A DNA stretch of 64,000 nt, from the NCBI GenBank assembly GCA_036504235.1, contig DASXVN010000005.1, forward strand, positions 76,497 to 140,496, given 5' to 3'. A program made the position numbers and the translations under genes. Shown piece by piece: positions 18,269-28,700 of this stretch (its first letter is position 1; each line of letters starts with the position of its first letter). Source of the DNA: Armatimonadota bacterium (GTDB taxonomy: Bacteria; Armatimonadota; Zipacnadia; Zipacnadales; Zipacnadaceae). The notes under the pieces are model-generated. The model was not told where the DNA came from, did no database searches, and saw only the letters and a list, made by a program, of their open reading frames with translations.

Positions 18269-20452
18269 ATGCAATCCCTATCCAAGATAACTGAATTCCC
18301 CGTTTGGCTCGACCTGTCCCCCGAGGTGCGCGTGCAGCTTGTGGGCGAGGGCGATCGTTTGCTCGGTCTCGGCGCGGTCGAGATCGCCGGCGTGCCGGTG
18401 CGCGCCGGAGCCACGCCGATCCGGCCGGACTTCTCCACCCCCGACGCCCGGCACTATCAGGACTTTGTCCTGCTCGAAGTGGTCCAGGACGCCGACGGCG
18501 TCGTGCTGCGCACCGAGGCGCTGGGGCGACCCGAGGTCTACGGTGAGATGATGGACGAGTACTCGTACAACCTCGCCTTTCCGAGGCTGCGCGAGACCGT
18601 GCGGGACCAACTGGACTGGATTCTCCAGCCGGAAGAGCTAGTACTCGACGGGCAGCGCTACGTGGGCCTGTCGCTCGGCTTCCGGTTTGCGAGCGAGACG
18701 CAGGAGATCCACAAGCTGACGACGGTCGCCACCTGGGAAATCGGCGGGGCGGCGGCCGGCAACACCATTTACCATCAGGCATACACCTGCCCGCCGGTCT
18801 ACACCGCCACGGTCGAGAACCACTTCTCCACCACCTGCCTGAAGCGGCTGGACCTGTGGGATAGCTGGCTGGGGCACTCCTATCAGATGTTGCCGCGCTG
18901 GGGGGCTATCCAGCCCTTTGACTTCCAGGCCGCGGCGGAGGGGGTGCTGCTGGGCTACTGGAAAGACCCGCATGCGGTCAAGAGCCTGGTGCAGAAGAAC
19001 CCGGGCGAAGACGTGATCTTCGTGCTGGATGAGTACGACTTCCCGCTGGCCAAGACGGTTACCACGCCGGCCAAGCACATCCTCTTCAGCCCGGCGGAGG
19101 GGCGCGCGGCGCACGAAGTGGTGGATATGTGGACGCGGGCGATGGACCACACCGGCGAGATTATCCGCGGGTTCTTCGGCATCACGCCCTGCGAGCCGCT
19201 GCCCACGGGCGGGCCCTCGTACCACGGGCGCAACAGCGTGGCCCGGGAGGAACTGGCCGGCGGGCCGCAGGCCGACTGGCTGTGGCGCGTCAAGGACGGC
19301 AAGTTCTACTTCCTGCTCGAGGGCGACGAGATCGAGAGCCACGAGTTCCTGTACTGGACGGCGGACAAGATTCTGCCCCGGCTGCACGAGCAGGGGATTA
19401 AGCGCGTCACCTTTGAGCCGGTCCACGAGAGCGATTTCACCGAAGGCTGCATGGATTTCCATGCGCAGACCGGCTGGCATAGCGACCTGGTGGTCACCAG
19501 CATCTGCGGTTCGCGCCGGTACGTGCCCTCCGAGTTCTACGATGGCTGGCGCGGGTGGAACTACCTGGCGGACAAGGCGCGGCAGTTCGGCATGAGCGTC
19601 GGCCACTGGGTCGGCCTGCACCTGACCCCGCGGGCGCCGATCCTGCTGGAGCACCCGGAGTATATCCTGCAGCACGTCAACACCCTGGGCCATAGCGGCG
19701 GCTACAGCCACCAGTTCATCTGCTCGATCAACTGGTGCTCGGGGGCGCGGGAGTGGTTCCTCAACGATATGCGCCGGTGGCACGACGAGGGTGGCCTGGA
19801 GTGGCTGTTCTTCGACTCCTGGCCGAACCTGGGCTGCTCGCCGCTGAACTACGGCGGACGCATGGAGGCGATGCAGTGGGAGTTGGGTCACGTGCTCGCC
19901 GACCTGCAGGGGATTGGCTATAACTGGTTCAGCTTCGAGGGCACCAGCCCCTTTGGCGTCCATCAGTACGGCCTGTGGGACCCCATGACCGAGTACGAGA
20001 AGCATACCTCCGGCGGCGTGATGGGGCAGAACGACTTTGGCGGCTGGATCGGCCACGAGTACATGGGGTACAACCAGACTCTGGGGCCCAACGTCAACGC
20101 GCAGCGCGACCCGGCCGAGCTCCCGGCGATGCGCTTCCGCTACATGGCCAACCGCTCTCTGACCCTGTTTGGCATGAGGGAGGCGGGCCAGGACGCGGCG
20201 CTGGACGCGCTGGAGCAGACCTACCTCAAGCTGCAGCCGCTGATGCGCCAACGGTACCTACTCCCCGACGATCAGGGGGTGCGCTGGGTCTCCGGGGACG
20301 GCCCCGAGGCGCTGTTCGCCTTCAGGTCGTTTACCTATCCGGTTCCGGCGGGCGCCCCCGTCGTCGCCGTCAACGGCCGAGTGGAGACGCCGGTGGCGAC
20401 CAGCGGCGGGGTCCTGCAGACCACGCCCGGGACCGCCTATCGGATCGGTTAG
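18269..20452 (+). CDS. Hypothetical cytoplasmic protein (727 aa, no signal peptide), embedded among secreted glycan-binding proteins.
   Basis: RBS 'AGGAGG' plus ATG 18269; long clean ORF. I recognised no family motifs. Confidence 0.45.
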   Translation: MQSLSKITEFPVWLDLSPEVRVQLVGEGDRLLGLGAVEIAGVPVRAGATPIRPDFSTPDARHYQDFVLLEVVQDADGVVLRTEALGRPEVYGEMMDEYSYNLAFPRLRETVRDQLDWILQPEELVLDGQRYVGLSLGFRFASETQEIHKLTTVATWEIGGAAAGNTIYHQAYTCPPVYTATVENHFSTTCLKRLDLWDSWLGHSYQMLPRWGAIQPFDFQAAAEGVLLGYWKDPHAVKSLVQKNPGEDVIFVLDEYDFPLAKTVTTPAKHILFSPAEGRAAHEVVDMWTRAMDHTGEIIRGFFGITPCEPLPTGGPSYHGRNSVAREELAGGPQADWLWRVKDGKFYFLLEGDEIESHEFLYWTADKILPRLHEQGIKRVTFEPVHESDFTEGCMDFHAQTGWHSDLVVTSICGSRRYVPSEFYDGWRGWNYLADKARQFGMSVGHWVGLHLTPRAPILLEHPEYILQHVNTLGHSGGYSHQFICSINWCSGAREWFLNDMRRWHDEGGLEWLFFDSWPNLGCSPLNYGGRMEAMQWELGHVLADLQGIGYNWFSFEGTSPFGVHQYGLWDPMTEYEKHTSGGVMGQNDFGGWIGHEYMGYNQTLGPNVNAQRDPAELPAMRFRYMANRSLTLFGMREAGQDAALDALEQTYLKLQPLMRQRYLLPDDQGVRWVSGDGPEALFAFRSFTYPVPAGAPVVAVNGRVETPVATSGGVLQTTPGTAYRIG

Positions 20453-20478
20453 GCGCCGCTGCAGGCCGGGAAGAAGAA

Positions 20479-23400
20479 AGGTTGTCTATGAGAGTCTCTG
20501 CCCGCTTCTCTGGGGCCGCGGTGGCCGCACTGCTGGCCCTGCTGGCCCATACTACCCCCGCGGGGGCCTACGCGACGGCGCAGCCGCTGCTGCTGAACAG
20601 TATTTCGCAGGTTGATCCCGCGCCGCGGATAGACGGCGACCTCAGCGACTGGGGGGGCGTGCGCCCCGCCCCGTTCGTGCCTTTTGACCTGACGCAGGCG
20701 GCGGACCTGACTCCGGAGTTGCAGCGGGTGGCGGCTACCGTGCATGCCGCCTCGGTGCGGGCCGCCTATGACGATCAGGCGCTGTACGTGGGGATTGAGT
20801 GGCGCGGGCGGCCGCCGGTCGCGGGCGCTCAGCCCGGACGCGCGAGTGATGCGCTCGGGTTACACGTTCTGTCCGATCGCCTGGCCCATTTCCTGTGTGA
20901 CCCCCTAGCGCCGGGCGCGCAGACCCGCGTGCGCGTGCGCTATGGTGACAACCTGAACTGGAGCGACGCCGCCGGTTCGGGCGCCTCATGCTTCGTTGCA
21001 GTAGGCGCCGACGGCAAGTCCTACGTGCAGGAAATGCGGCTGCCATGGAAGACGATCACCTCGTCGGGCCAGGCGCCGGCGGACGGCCGCCTGCGGTTGA
21101 TGTTCGACTTCTCCTGGAGCGATCTGACCTCGGCGATCATCGCCCAGGCTCCGCTCGAGGTGCTGCACGGGCAGAAGTTCATCACGGCGACGTTCCTGTC
21201 GTCCCCCGACCGGCTCTTTGACCTAAGCGGGTACCTGCCCAACGTCCCTACCTGGGGCACCCTCCAGTTCTCGACGCAACTTACGCCCAACGAGACGCAG
21301 CCCTCGCCGCTAGCGACCGGGGCTACGGTGACCCACGTCGCGCCCGCCGGGCCCTCCCTGGCCGTGGACGGCGACCTGCAGGAGTGGCCGGCCGAGCTCT
21401 TTCAGACCATCTCCTACGCGCCCGGCTATCTGGGTGACCGCTATAGCGGCAAAGTCGCCGCCAGCTACGACGCGAACAACCTGTACTTGGCGCTGCACGC
21501 CCACACGGGGGCCGCGGCGTACAACGTCGAGCATGAGGCTAACCGGCGGGGTTACTGGGGCGGCGACAATCTGCAGGTGCGACTGAGCGACGGCAAGCGC
21601 ACCTTGAATTTGTGCGCCTGGTACGATTCCCTCGTCAAACAGCCGGCGCTCACGGCCGACGGCAAGGACCTCGCGGTGCCCTTCCTGCTGAAGCAGGGGG
21701 CGCGGGAGGCCTACCGGTCGGACGCCGACGGGCAGGGCTACAGCCTGGAGATCGCCCTCCCCTACACGGCGCTGGGCTTTGCCGCCCCGCAAGCGGGTAG
21801 CGCCTGGAAGGGGACCTTCCAGCTCTGGTGGGCCGCGCTGGAGCCCCAGTTCTCCGGGTACTCGGAGGCGACTTTGCAGCCGCGCGGGGGCCTGGCCTAT
21901 CGCTACACGATCCCCAAGGACGCCAACGTCACCCTGGGGGCCTATGACACCGAGGGGCGCTTGCTGCGCTGGATCGTGCGCGGGAGCTACCGGCACAGCG
22001 GGGCCAATGTCGAATATTGGGATGGCCTGGATCAGTGGGGCGAGCCGCTGGCGGCCGGGGCCTATCAGGTGAAGGGGATCGCTTTTTCGCCGCTGGGTCT
22101 GGACTACCAGTTCAGTATCGGCAACTCCGGCACACCCCCCTGGCCTACCGCCGACGGCAAGGGCGACTGGATCGGGGATGAGTCCACGCCCCAGGCCGCC
22201 GCAACTGAGGGGGACTGGGTCTACCTGGCCTCCCCCTGCAACGAGAAGGGCTGGAGCATCGTCGGCGTAGACGGCACGGGCCAGCGCCAGTGGGGCTTTG
22301 GCACCGGCGTCTGCCCGCGCTCCGTCTCCCTGACCGTGGCCGGGGACTACCTCTACGCGCTCTATTCGGGGCCGGAGAATACCACTACCTCGCGCGCCTA
22401 CCAGCCCGGCAGCGGCGAGGGGCGCAACGTATTGGTCTGCCTGGACAAGCGCACCGGCAAGCCCGCCTCCTTCTCGGTGCTGAATCCGAGTCTGGTCGTC
22501 AACCGCTGGCCGTACAATGATGACGAGGTGGTCTCGCACCTGTGGGACCTGCGGGCGAACAAGTCGTTCAACGCCGGCAACTACGGCGGCCAGCCCCGGT
22601 ATTCCACGCATGATATCGGCGAATCCACCAATTCCTTGGGGATCGCCGCCACCGGCGGCCGCCTGTATCTGTCGCTCTTCTACGAGAACAAACTGTGGGT
22701 GCTGGACGCGGCTACCGCAAAGCAGGTGGACGAGATCCCGGTGCCCCAGCCGGTGGGTCTGCACGCGCTGCCGGGCGGTAAGCTACTGGTCGTGAGCGGC
22801 GCCAGCGTGCTGGAAGTGGACCCGCAGACCAAGACCACCCGGCCGGTGATTGACCACGACCTGGTCGCGCCGCATGACGTGACCCTGGACAAGGACGGCA
22901 ATATCTACGTCTCGGACTGGGGCGCGTCCTTCCAGGTGAAGGTGTTCAGCCCCGCCGGCCAGCTCCTGCGGGCCATCGGCACGCCTGGCGGCCGCCCCTG
23001 GGTGGGCAAGTGGGACGCCAACGGCATGTTGGTTCCCCGCGGGATTGCCGTCACCGACGCCGGGAAGCTCTGGGTGGCCGAGGATGACAACTGCCCCTCC
23101 CGGGTAAGTGTCTGGAACGCGGGGACCGGGGCCCTGATCCGCGACTACCTGGGTCCCTCCTCCTACGGGGGCGGCAACTGGTTCTGGGTCAATCCCCAGG
23201 ACCCCACCATGATCATGACCGAGGGCGCGATGTACAAGGTGGATTACGCGAAGAGGACCTGGACGCCCACCTCCATTGCCCTGCGGCGCATGAGCATCGA
23301 CCAACCCTTCATGCCCAACGGCGCGGCCGGGATGCCGACCGCCCGGACCGTAGTGCACGACGGCAAGCCGTATCTGTACGTCGCCGACAATATCAGTATC

Positions 23401-25674
23401 ACCGCCCTGCGCTTGGACGGGGACGTCTTCACGCCGGTGGCGGCAATCGGGTTGCTGGACCCCTTCCTCTCCGGCGACGGCACCGGCGTGGATGTCTGGG
23501 ACAGCGACCTGGGGCATCACCGCTACCTCAACTGGCGGCCCAGTTTCTTCGCCGGGCACGTCGGGCAGATTTACACCTGGCACGACCAGAATGGGGACGG
23601 CAAGGTGCAGGCCGAGGAGATGCAATGGGCGCCCGTGGAGAAGTCCGCCGAGGTCCTGGCGCCCGGTCACTTCGGCAACTGGGACAACTACTGGGGCGGC
23701 GGGATTGGCCCGGACGGGAGCCTATACTTCCGCACCGTAAACGCCAAGCACCACCAGGTCTACCGGCTCGATGTGGAGGGCTGGACCGCCGCCGGCGCGC
23801 CGGTCTACACGCTGGCTAACGCGCACCGGATCATCTCCTCCGACGACCTGGGCTGGCTGGGCGGCCTGTACGTGACCAACGCGAACAAGCTGATCGCCAG
23901 CTACTCGCTCGAGTGGCCGCCGCTGCCCAAGAACGCGGTCGAGTGCTATGACCGAGACGGCAAGTTCCTGTGGGCCGTGGCTCGCTATCGGGGCGCGCAG
24001 CAGATTGACGACCCGGCGGCCACGAACATGTCCGGCGACTTCCCGGTGCCCGGCATGGGCAACGTGATCGGCTCCTGGGAGTGGCACCTCAACCAGCACT
24101 CCTACCTGCTAACCGACGACGGGCTGTACCTGTCGTGGCTCTGCGACGACAATGTGAGCGGCCCCACCCAGAACTGGGGCGAGTCCATGCGCAGCTACTT
24201 CCAGACCCCGGCGGGGGAGACCTATATTGTCAACGGGGGCGCTGACGCCTACCACCTCCTGCGGATCACGGGTCTCGAGGGCGCGCGGCGCTTCACGGGC
24301 CAGCTTGTGCTGACCGAGGCGGACGTGGCGAAGGCCGCTGCGGCCCGGGTGGCCGTGGCCTCGGCTCCGCCCCCACCGCCCCAGCCGGTGCTTCGCGTTA
24401 ACTGGCTCAAGCAGGCGCCGGTCGTGGACGGGGACCTCAGCGAGTGGAACCTGTCCGCGGGCGTCACGCTCAGCGCCGCGCAGAACCGCTCGGCGGAGGT
24501 GGCCCTGGGGCGCGACGCCGCGAACCTGTACCTGGCCTACCGGGTCCACGGGTCGGCGCTGTCCAACAAAGGCGCGGACTGGCGCACGCTGTTCCTGTCG
24601 GGGGATTGCGTGGACCTGATGCTGTCCACCGGCCCGGCGCTCGCGGCCAAGCACTTCGCCCCGGCGGCCGGCGACGAGCGGCTGCTGCTCAGCCTGTACA
24701 ACGGCGAGCCGACGGCGGTGCTCTATCGCCCGGTGGTGCCCGGCGCCACCACACCGGTGCGGCTGATGGCCACGACGCTGGATCAGATCACGCGGCTGGA
24801 CTCCGCGCACGTCGTCTTCCATCGCGAGGCGGACGGCTACGCAGTCGAGGCCTCCGTGCCGCTGACTGATCTGGGCCTCGACCCCGCGACGCCGACGGAC
24901 CTGCGGGGCGACGTGGGCGTGATCTACGCGGACCAGACGGGCGCCAACCGCGCCCTGCGCCAGTACTACTACAATCAGAACACCAAGATCGTCAACGATC
25001 TGACCACCGAGGCGACGCTGCAGCCGGGCGACTGGGGTCCGATCGAGATGGCGCTGGGCCCCAACCTGCTGAGCAATGGCGGCTTTGAGAGCCCCCTGGC
25101 CACCGACGTGACCCAGGGCTGGGTGCTCAACGATGTGCACCCCGGCACCCGGACCGCGGTGAGCGGCGAGGTGACGAACTCGGGCCACGGGGCGCTGCTG
25201 CTGCAGGCGGACCCGGTGGTGTTCACGCCGGAGTCGTATAGCCTGCCGGACTACCGGGCCTTCCTCGACTCCGCCAACGGCGGTAAGGGGGGCGGCCATG
25301 TGGCGGTGATGCAGACGGTGCCGGTGACCGCCGGCGCTCGCTACTGGGTGAAGGCGCATTACCGGACGCTGGAGATGTCGGGCTTCGAGAAGAAGAACCC
25401 GGGTCCGGGACGCGGCTACATCGCGCTCAGTCTCACGATCAACTGGCCGGACGCCAAGAACGGGCGGGAAAGCTGGCAGGGGGTTTTCTCCACCCAGTTG
25501 GACTACCCTGCCTGGCAGACCGCGGTAAGCGGCGTCCCGAATATAGTGACGGCCCCGTTCACCGCCCCCGAGGGCGCCACGCGGGCCACGGTCATCATTC
25601 GCTTCGTGGACAACTACGCCGACAAGCATCCGTCTGCCTGGGTGGATGACGTGGAGTTTGTGCCGGCACCGTAG
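20479..25674 (+). CDS. Giant secreted multidomain protein (1731 aa): CBM9/DOMON-like modules, NHL-type beta-propeller repeats and a C-terminal CBM4/9-like module.
   Basis: ATG 20479 gives signal peptide 'MRVSARFSGAAVAALLALLAHTTPAGAYA'. The ORF-track start at 19975 is an in-frame upstream extension that overlaps the previous gene. CBM9-like 'IDGDLSDWGGVRP...DDQALYVGIEWRG'. NHL-like 'DKDGNIYVSDWGASFQVKVFSPAGQLL' and 'GIAVTDAGKLWVAEDDN'. C-terminal 'GPNLLSNGGFESPLATDVTQGW...WVDDVEFVPAP'. Confidence 0.55.
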   Translation, partial: RLSMRVSARFSGAAVAALLALLAHTTPAGAYATAQPLLLNSISQVDPAPRIDGDLSDWGGVRPAPFVPFDLTQAADLTPELQRVAATVHAASVRAAYDDQALYVGIEWRGRPPVAGAQPGRASDALGLHVLSDRLAHFLCDPLAPGAQTRVRVRYGDNLNWSDAAGSGASCFVAVGADGKSYVQEMRLPWKTITSSGQAPADGRLRLMFDFSWSDLTSAIIAQAPLEVLHGQKFITATFLSSPDRLFDLSGYLPNVPTWGTLQFSTQLTPNETQPSPLATGATVTHVAPAGPSLAVDGDLQEWPAELFQTISYAPGYLGDRYSGKVAASYDANNLYLALHAHTGAAAYNVEHEANRRGYWGGDNLQVRLSDGKRTLNLCAWYDSLVKQPALTADGKDLAVPFLLKQGAREAYRSDADGQGYSLEIALPYTALGFAAPQAGSAWKGTFQLWWAALEPQFSGYSEATLQPRGGLAYRYTIPKDANVTLGAYDTEGRLLRWIVRGSYRHSGANVEYWDGLDQWGEPLAAGAYQVKGIAFSPLGLDYQFSIGNSGTPPWPTADGKGDWIGDESTPQAAATEGDWVYLASPCNEKGWSIVGVDGTGQRQWGFGTGVCPRSVSLTVAGDYLYALYSGPENTTTSRAYQPGSGEGRNVLVCLDKRTGKPASFSVLNPSLVVNRWPYNDDEVVSHLWDLRANKSFNAGNYGGQPRYSTHDIGESTNSLGIAATGGRLYLSLFYENKLWVLDAATAKQVDEIPVPQPVGLHALPGGKLLVVSGASVLEVDPQTKTTRPVIDHDLVAPHDVTLDKDGNIYVSDWGASFQVKVFSPAGQLLRAIGTPGGRPWVGKWDANGMLVPRGIAVTDAGKLWVAEDDNCPSRVSVWNAGTGALIRDYLGPSSYGGGNWFWVNPQDPTMIMTEGAMYKVDYAKRTWTPTSIALRRMSIDQPFMPNGAAGMPTARTVVHDGKPYLYVADNISITALRLDGDVFTPVAAIGLLDPFLSGDGTGVDVWDSDLGHHRYLNWRPSFFAGHVGQIYTWHDQNGDGKVQAEEMQWAPVEKSAEVLAPGHFGNWDNYWGGGIGPDGSLYFRTVNAKHHQVYRLDVEGWTAAGAPVYTLANAHRIISSDDLGWLGGLYVTNANKLIASYSLEWPPLPKNAVECYDRDGKFLWAVARYRGAQQIDDPAATNMSGDFPVPGMGNVIGSWEWHLNQHSYLLTDDGLYLSWLCDDNVSGPTQNWGESMRSYFQTPAGETYIVNGGADAYHLLRITGLEGARRFTGQLVLTEADVAKAAAARVAVASAPPPPPQPVLRVNWLKQAPVVDGDLSEWNLSAGVTLSAAQNRSAEVALGRDAANLYLAYRVHGSALSNKGADWRTLFLSGDCVDLMLSTGPALAAKHFAPAAGDERLLLSLYNGEPTAVLYRPVVPGATTPVRLMATTLDQITRLDSAHVVFHREADGYAVEASVPLTDLGLDPATPTDLRGDVGVIYADQTGANRALRQYYYNQNTKIVNDLTTEATLQPGDWGPIEMALGPNLLSNGGFESPLATDVTQGWVLNDVHPGTRTAVSGEVTNSGHGALLLQADPVVFTPESYSLPDYRAFLDSANGGKGGGHVAVMQTVPVTAGARYWVKAHYRTLEMSGFEKKNPGPGRGYIALSLTINWPDAKNGRESWQGVFSTQLDYPAWQTAVSGVPNIVTAPFTAPEGATRATVIIRFVDNYADKHPSAWVDDVEFVPAP

Positions 25675-25714
25675 CCGGGAGGTCCCGCGGCGGGTCCTGG
25701 CGAAACTTCCTTTC

Positions 25715-25726
25715 TGCAACGTTGCA
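25715..25726. promoter_or_regulatory. Perfect 12-bp palindrome TGCAACGTTGCA about 40 nt upstream of the 25765 gene. Candidate operator.
   Basis: The sequence equals its own reverse complement. It lies in the 90-nt intergenic region between 25674 and 25765. Confidence 0.4.
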
Positions 25727-25764
25727 CCTGCATCTATGACTGTCGGAGCAAAGGGTGAAGCTTG

Positions 25765-28700
25765 ATGAAATCGGTATACCTGGTCGTTCTTCTGGTCCTG
25801 GCGAGCTTGCTGCCGCTGGCCGCCTCGGCGGCGGTGCTGCGCGGCTTTGGCGCCGTGCAGGAATCCACGCTGCCCGCCGGGCAGGGGATGCGCTTTGTCT
25901 GCGATAGTCCGGAGCACGCCGTGCAGCTCATCCACAAACTGGCGCGGGATATGGAGCTGAGCGTCACCGCCAAGTCCGCGTGGGTGACCGTGGCGATCGG
26001 CGACCGGCAGGCGCCCGTCCTGGTGCGCCCGGGCCTGGGGTCCTACCTGGTGCTGGCGCAGGGGACGGACGCCTACTGCTTCACCTCCCCCGAGACGGAC
26101 GCCGCGAAGCTGGGCGCCGCCTTCCCGGCCGCCGCGCCGCTGCTCGCGGGGGCGCGGCTCTACGACGCGGCCTACCGCTATCCCATGTACCTGGACAAGT
26201 GGTCCACCGCCGGTATCGGCACCTGGTACACCCCCTTCAACCCCTTCGACGACAACCCCAAGGGCCTGAAGGACGTGGTCACTCCGCATTTCGAGTACCT
26301 CACCGAGAACAATCTGGCGGTTCACATCGGCGCGGGCGGGGCGGGGCGGCGGGAGACGGTGCCGTACATTCACAAGTACAATCGGCCCTTCCATATCGTG
26401 CAGTGGCATCAGTGGGACGCGGATATCGCCCGCCTGGACCCGTTCGATCTGACCCAGCCCAACCCCAACCTGTTCTCCACCTGGGAGTCCTATTACGGTC
26501 AGATCAGCAACGGCGGCGACCGGCTGCACCAGTACCGGGACTGGACCTTCCTGCGGCTGATGAAGGAATACGTCAACGATCCGCAACTGGTGGACTGGGA
26601 TGAGCCGCACGGCGAGATCGGGCCGGGGCCCTGGCAGCAATACTGGGACTACGGACCGCGCAACCAGGCGCATTTCGCGGCGTGGCTGCAGAGCGCGCGG
26701 GGCTATACCCTGCCCTCGCTGGGGCAGGCCTGGTACCACGACGGCGGGAAGTTCCGCACCTGGGAGCAGGTCCCTATCCCCTTTGACTACTCCTTCTTCG
26801 GCGCGGATAAGGACAGCCTCTTCGCGGACAAGGCCTGGAAGCTGCACACCGGCGACCTGGCTACCGGCCGGACCGGCAAGTGGCAGACCGCCGACTTTGA
26901 TGACTCGCAGTGGACGCCGATCACCAAGCCCGGCGGCGACCTGGGGATTATCGAGATCGAGACCCACCAGCGCTTCTGGTATCGCGGCACGATCAACGTG
27001 TCGGCCGAGTACCTCGCGAAGCACAAAGGCTCGCTGTATCTGGTCTGCGCGGCGATGACCCAGGCCGGCGGGCCGGAGGCCCCGAATCATATCTGGCTCA
27101 ATGGCGTCGAACTGGGTAGTCTGACCGGCCCGGGCGGCTTCTGGATCGTCGGCTCAAAGCTGGCGACCGGCGTGCTACATGCCGGAGCCAACCAGATCGC
27201 CTACTGCCCGACGGCGCCCGACTTTGCCGGGACCTTCTTCGTCTCGCCGCATCCGGTGGAGCGCTACCCCTTCCGCGACTCGGGCCTGAACTCCCGCTAC
27301 TCGGACTGGCGCGACTACGTGGCCTCCTGCGCGGTGGAGCAGGAGCGCAACACCATCCAGGCCATGCGCGGTCTCGACCCCAACCGGCCCATCAAGATCA
27401 TGGCCGCTGCCGACAAGGACCTGTTCAACGAAGTGATGTACGACTACGGCTGCTACTCGCACAATACCGGCGATGAGGCCTTCTACATGCCCTGGGATCG
27501 CCGCAGCGGCTACACCTACGGCCTGCCGGGATCAGCGGAGTCCTCGGGCAGCATGATTGATGTTCATTGGTACAAGCAATGGCAGGGCTGGTACACCTTC
27601 GAGTGCCTGAACGCCTTCGACAACTTCATCGATATCGAGGCGATGATGTACTCGCCGGCCACGCCGCTGTGGAAGGAGAACTTCCCCTACCTACATCTCT
27701 CCAACCGCTACGACCTGAAGAAACCGGAGATCGCCCTGCTGTTTTCCGGGGAGACCAATCGCCTAAATCCCGGCGAGATGGCGGCTATTCCCTTTGTCTT
27801 TGACCTGGGGCGCGGCGACCTGCATTCGATCGGTTACAGCTTTGCCTATGTGGATGAGCCCGCCCTCCGCCGCGGTCTGGCGAGTCCCTACCAGGTGATC
27901 ATCGACTGCGGCACTTGGGTAATGTCGCGGCAGACGGTGGCGGACCTGACCAAATACGTGGAGAACGGCGGCACCTACATCGCCCTGCAGGAGACCGGTC
28001 GGCACACCCCCGCCGAGCGCGACGCCTGGCCGATCAGCACGCTCACCGGCTTCCAGGTGCAGCAAGTGCGGCCGATGGGCGGCTTCGTTTCCATCCTGAA
28101 CGACCAGCCGGTCTTCACCAAGCTGGCCGGGAAGAACTTCATGAACCAGGGCCGCAGCGTGGACTACTCGGGCTACAACTACGCCGACGCCTGCCTCGCG
28201 CTGACCCCGGTGGCCCCGGATACGCAGGCCCTGGCGCGCTATCGCGACGGCTCGATTGCCATCGGCATGCGCAAGCTGGGCAAGGGGCGCGTGATTGTCC
28301 TGGGCAGCCCCTTCTGGCGTGATTCCTACGACAAGCGCGGCATGTGGTGGCCTGGCCCGCAGCAGAACGCCTTCGTCGAGGACCTGCTCACCGGCCTGGG
28401 CCTGCCGCCCGACGTCCCCGCCAACACCTCCGCGGTGTGGCGGGACCGCTTCGTGGCGAACAACGGCACCGAGGAATACCTCGTCATGTGGAATCCCAGC
28501 GACACCGATCCGCAGACCTTCACCACCGACTGGCATACCTCGTTCCCGGCGACGCAGGTGATTGACCCGAAGCTCGGCCAGCCGGTCGAGGCGCAGATTG
28601 ACGGTACGACGATCCACCTGGCGCAGTCGCTGCAGCCGCTGGAGACGCGCATCCTGGCCGTGCAGTCGCCGCGTCCGCCGGCGGATACCGTGGCCGACTG

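Noticed and set aside
24109-27090. A 993-aa minus-strand ORF bridging the 20479..25674 and 25765..29577 genes.
   Set aside because: Spurious high-GC antisense ORF for the same reasons. The plus-strand genes have signal peptides, RBSs and domain signatures. The same applies to 2800..4077(-), 5368..6804(-), 16384..17895(-), 18638..20251(-), 21310..22764(-), 27763..29616(-), 29643..30941(-), 31396..32685(-), 36305..37552(-), 11182..12096(-) and 12213..13151(-).
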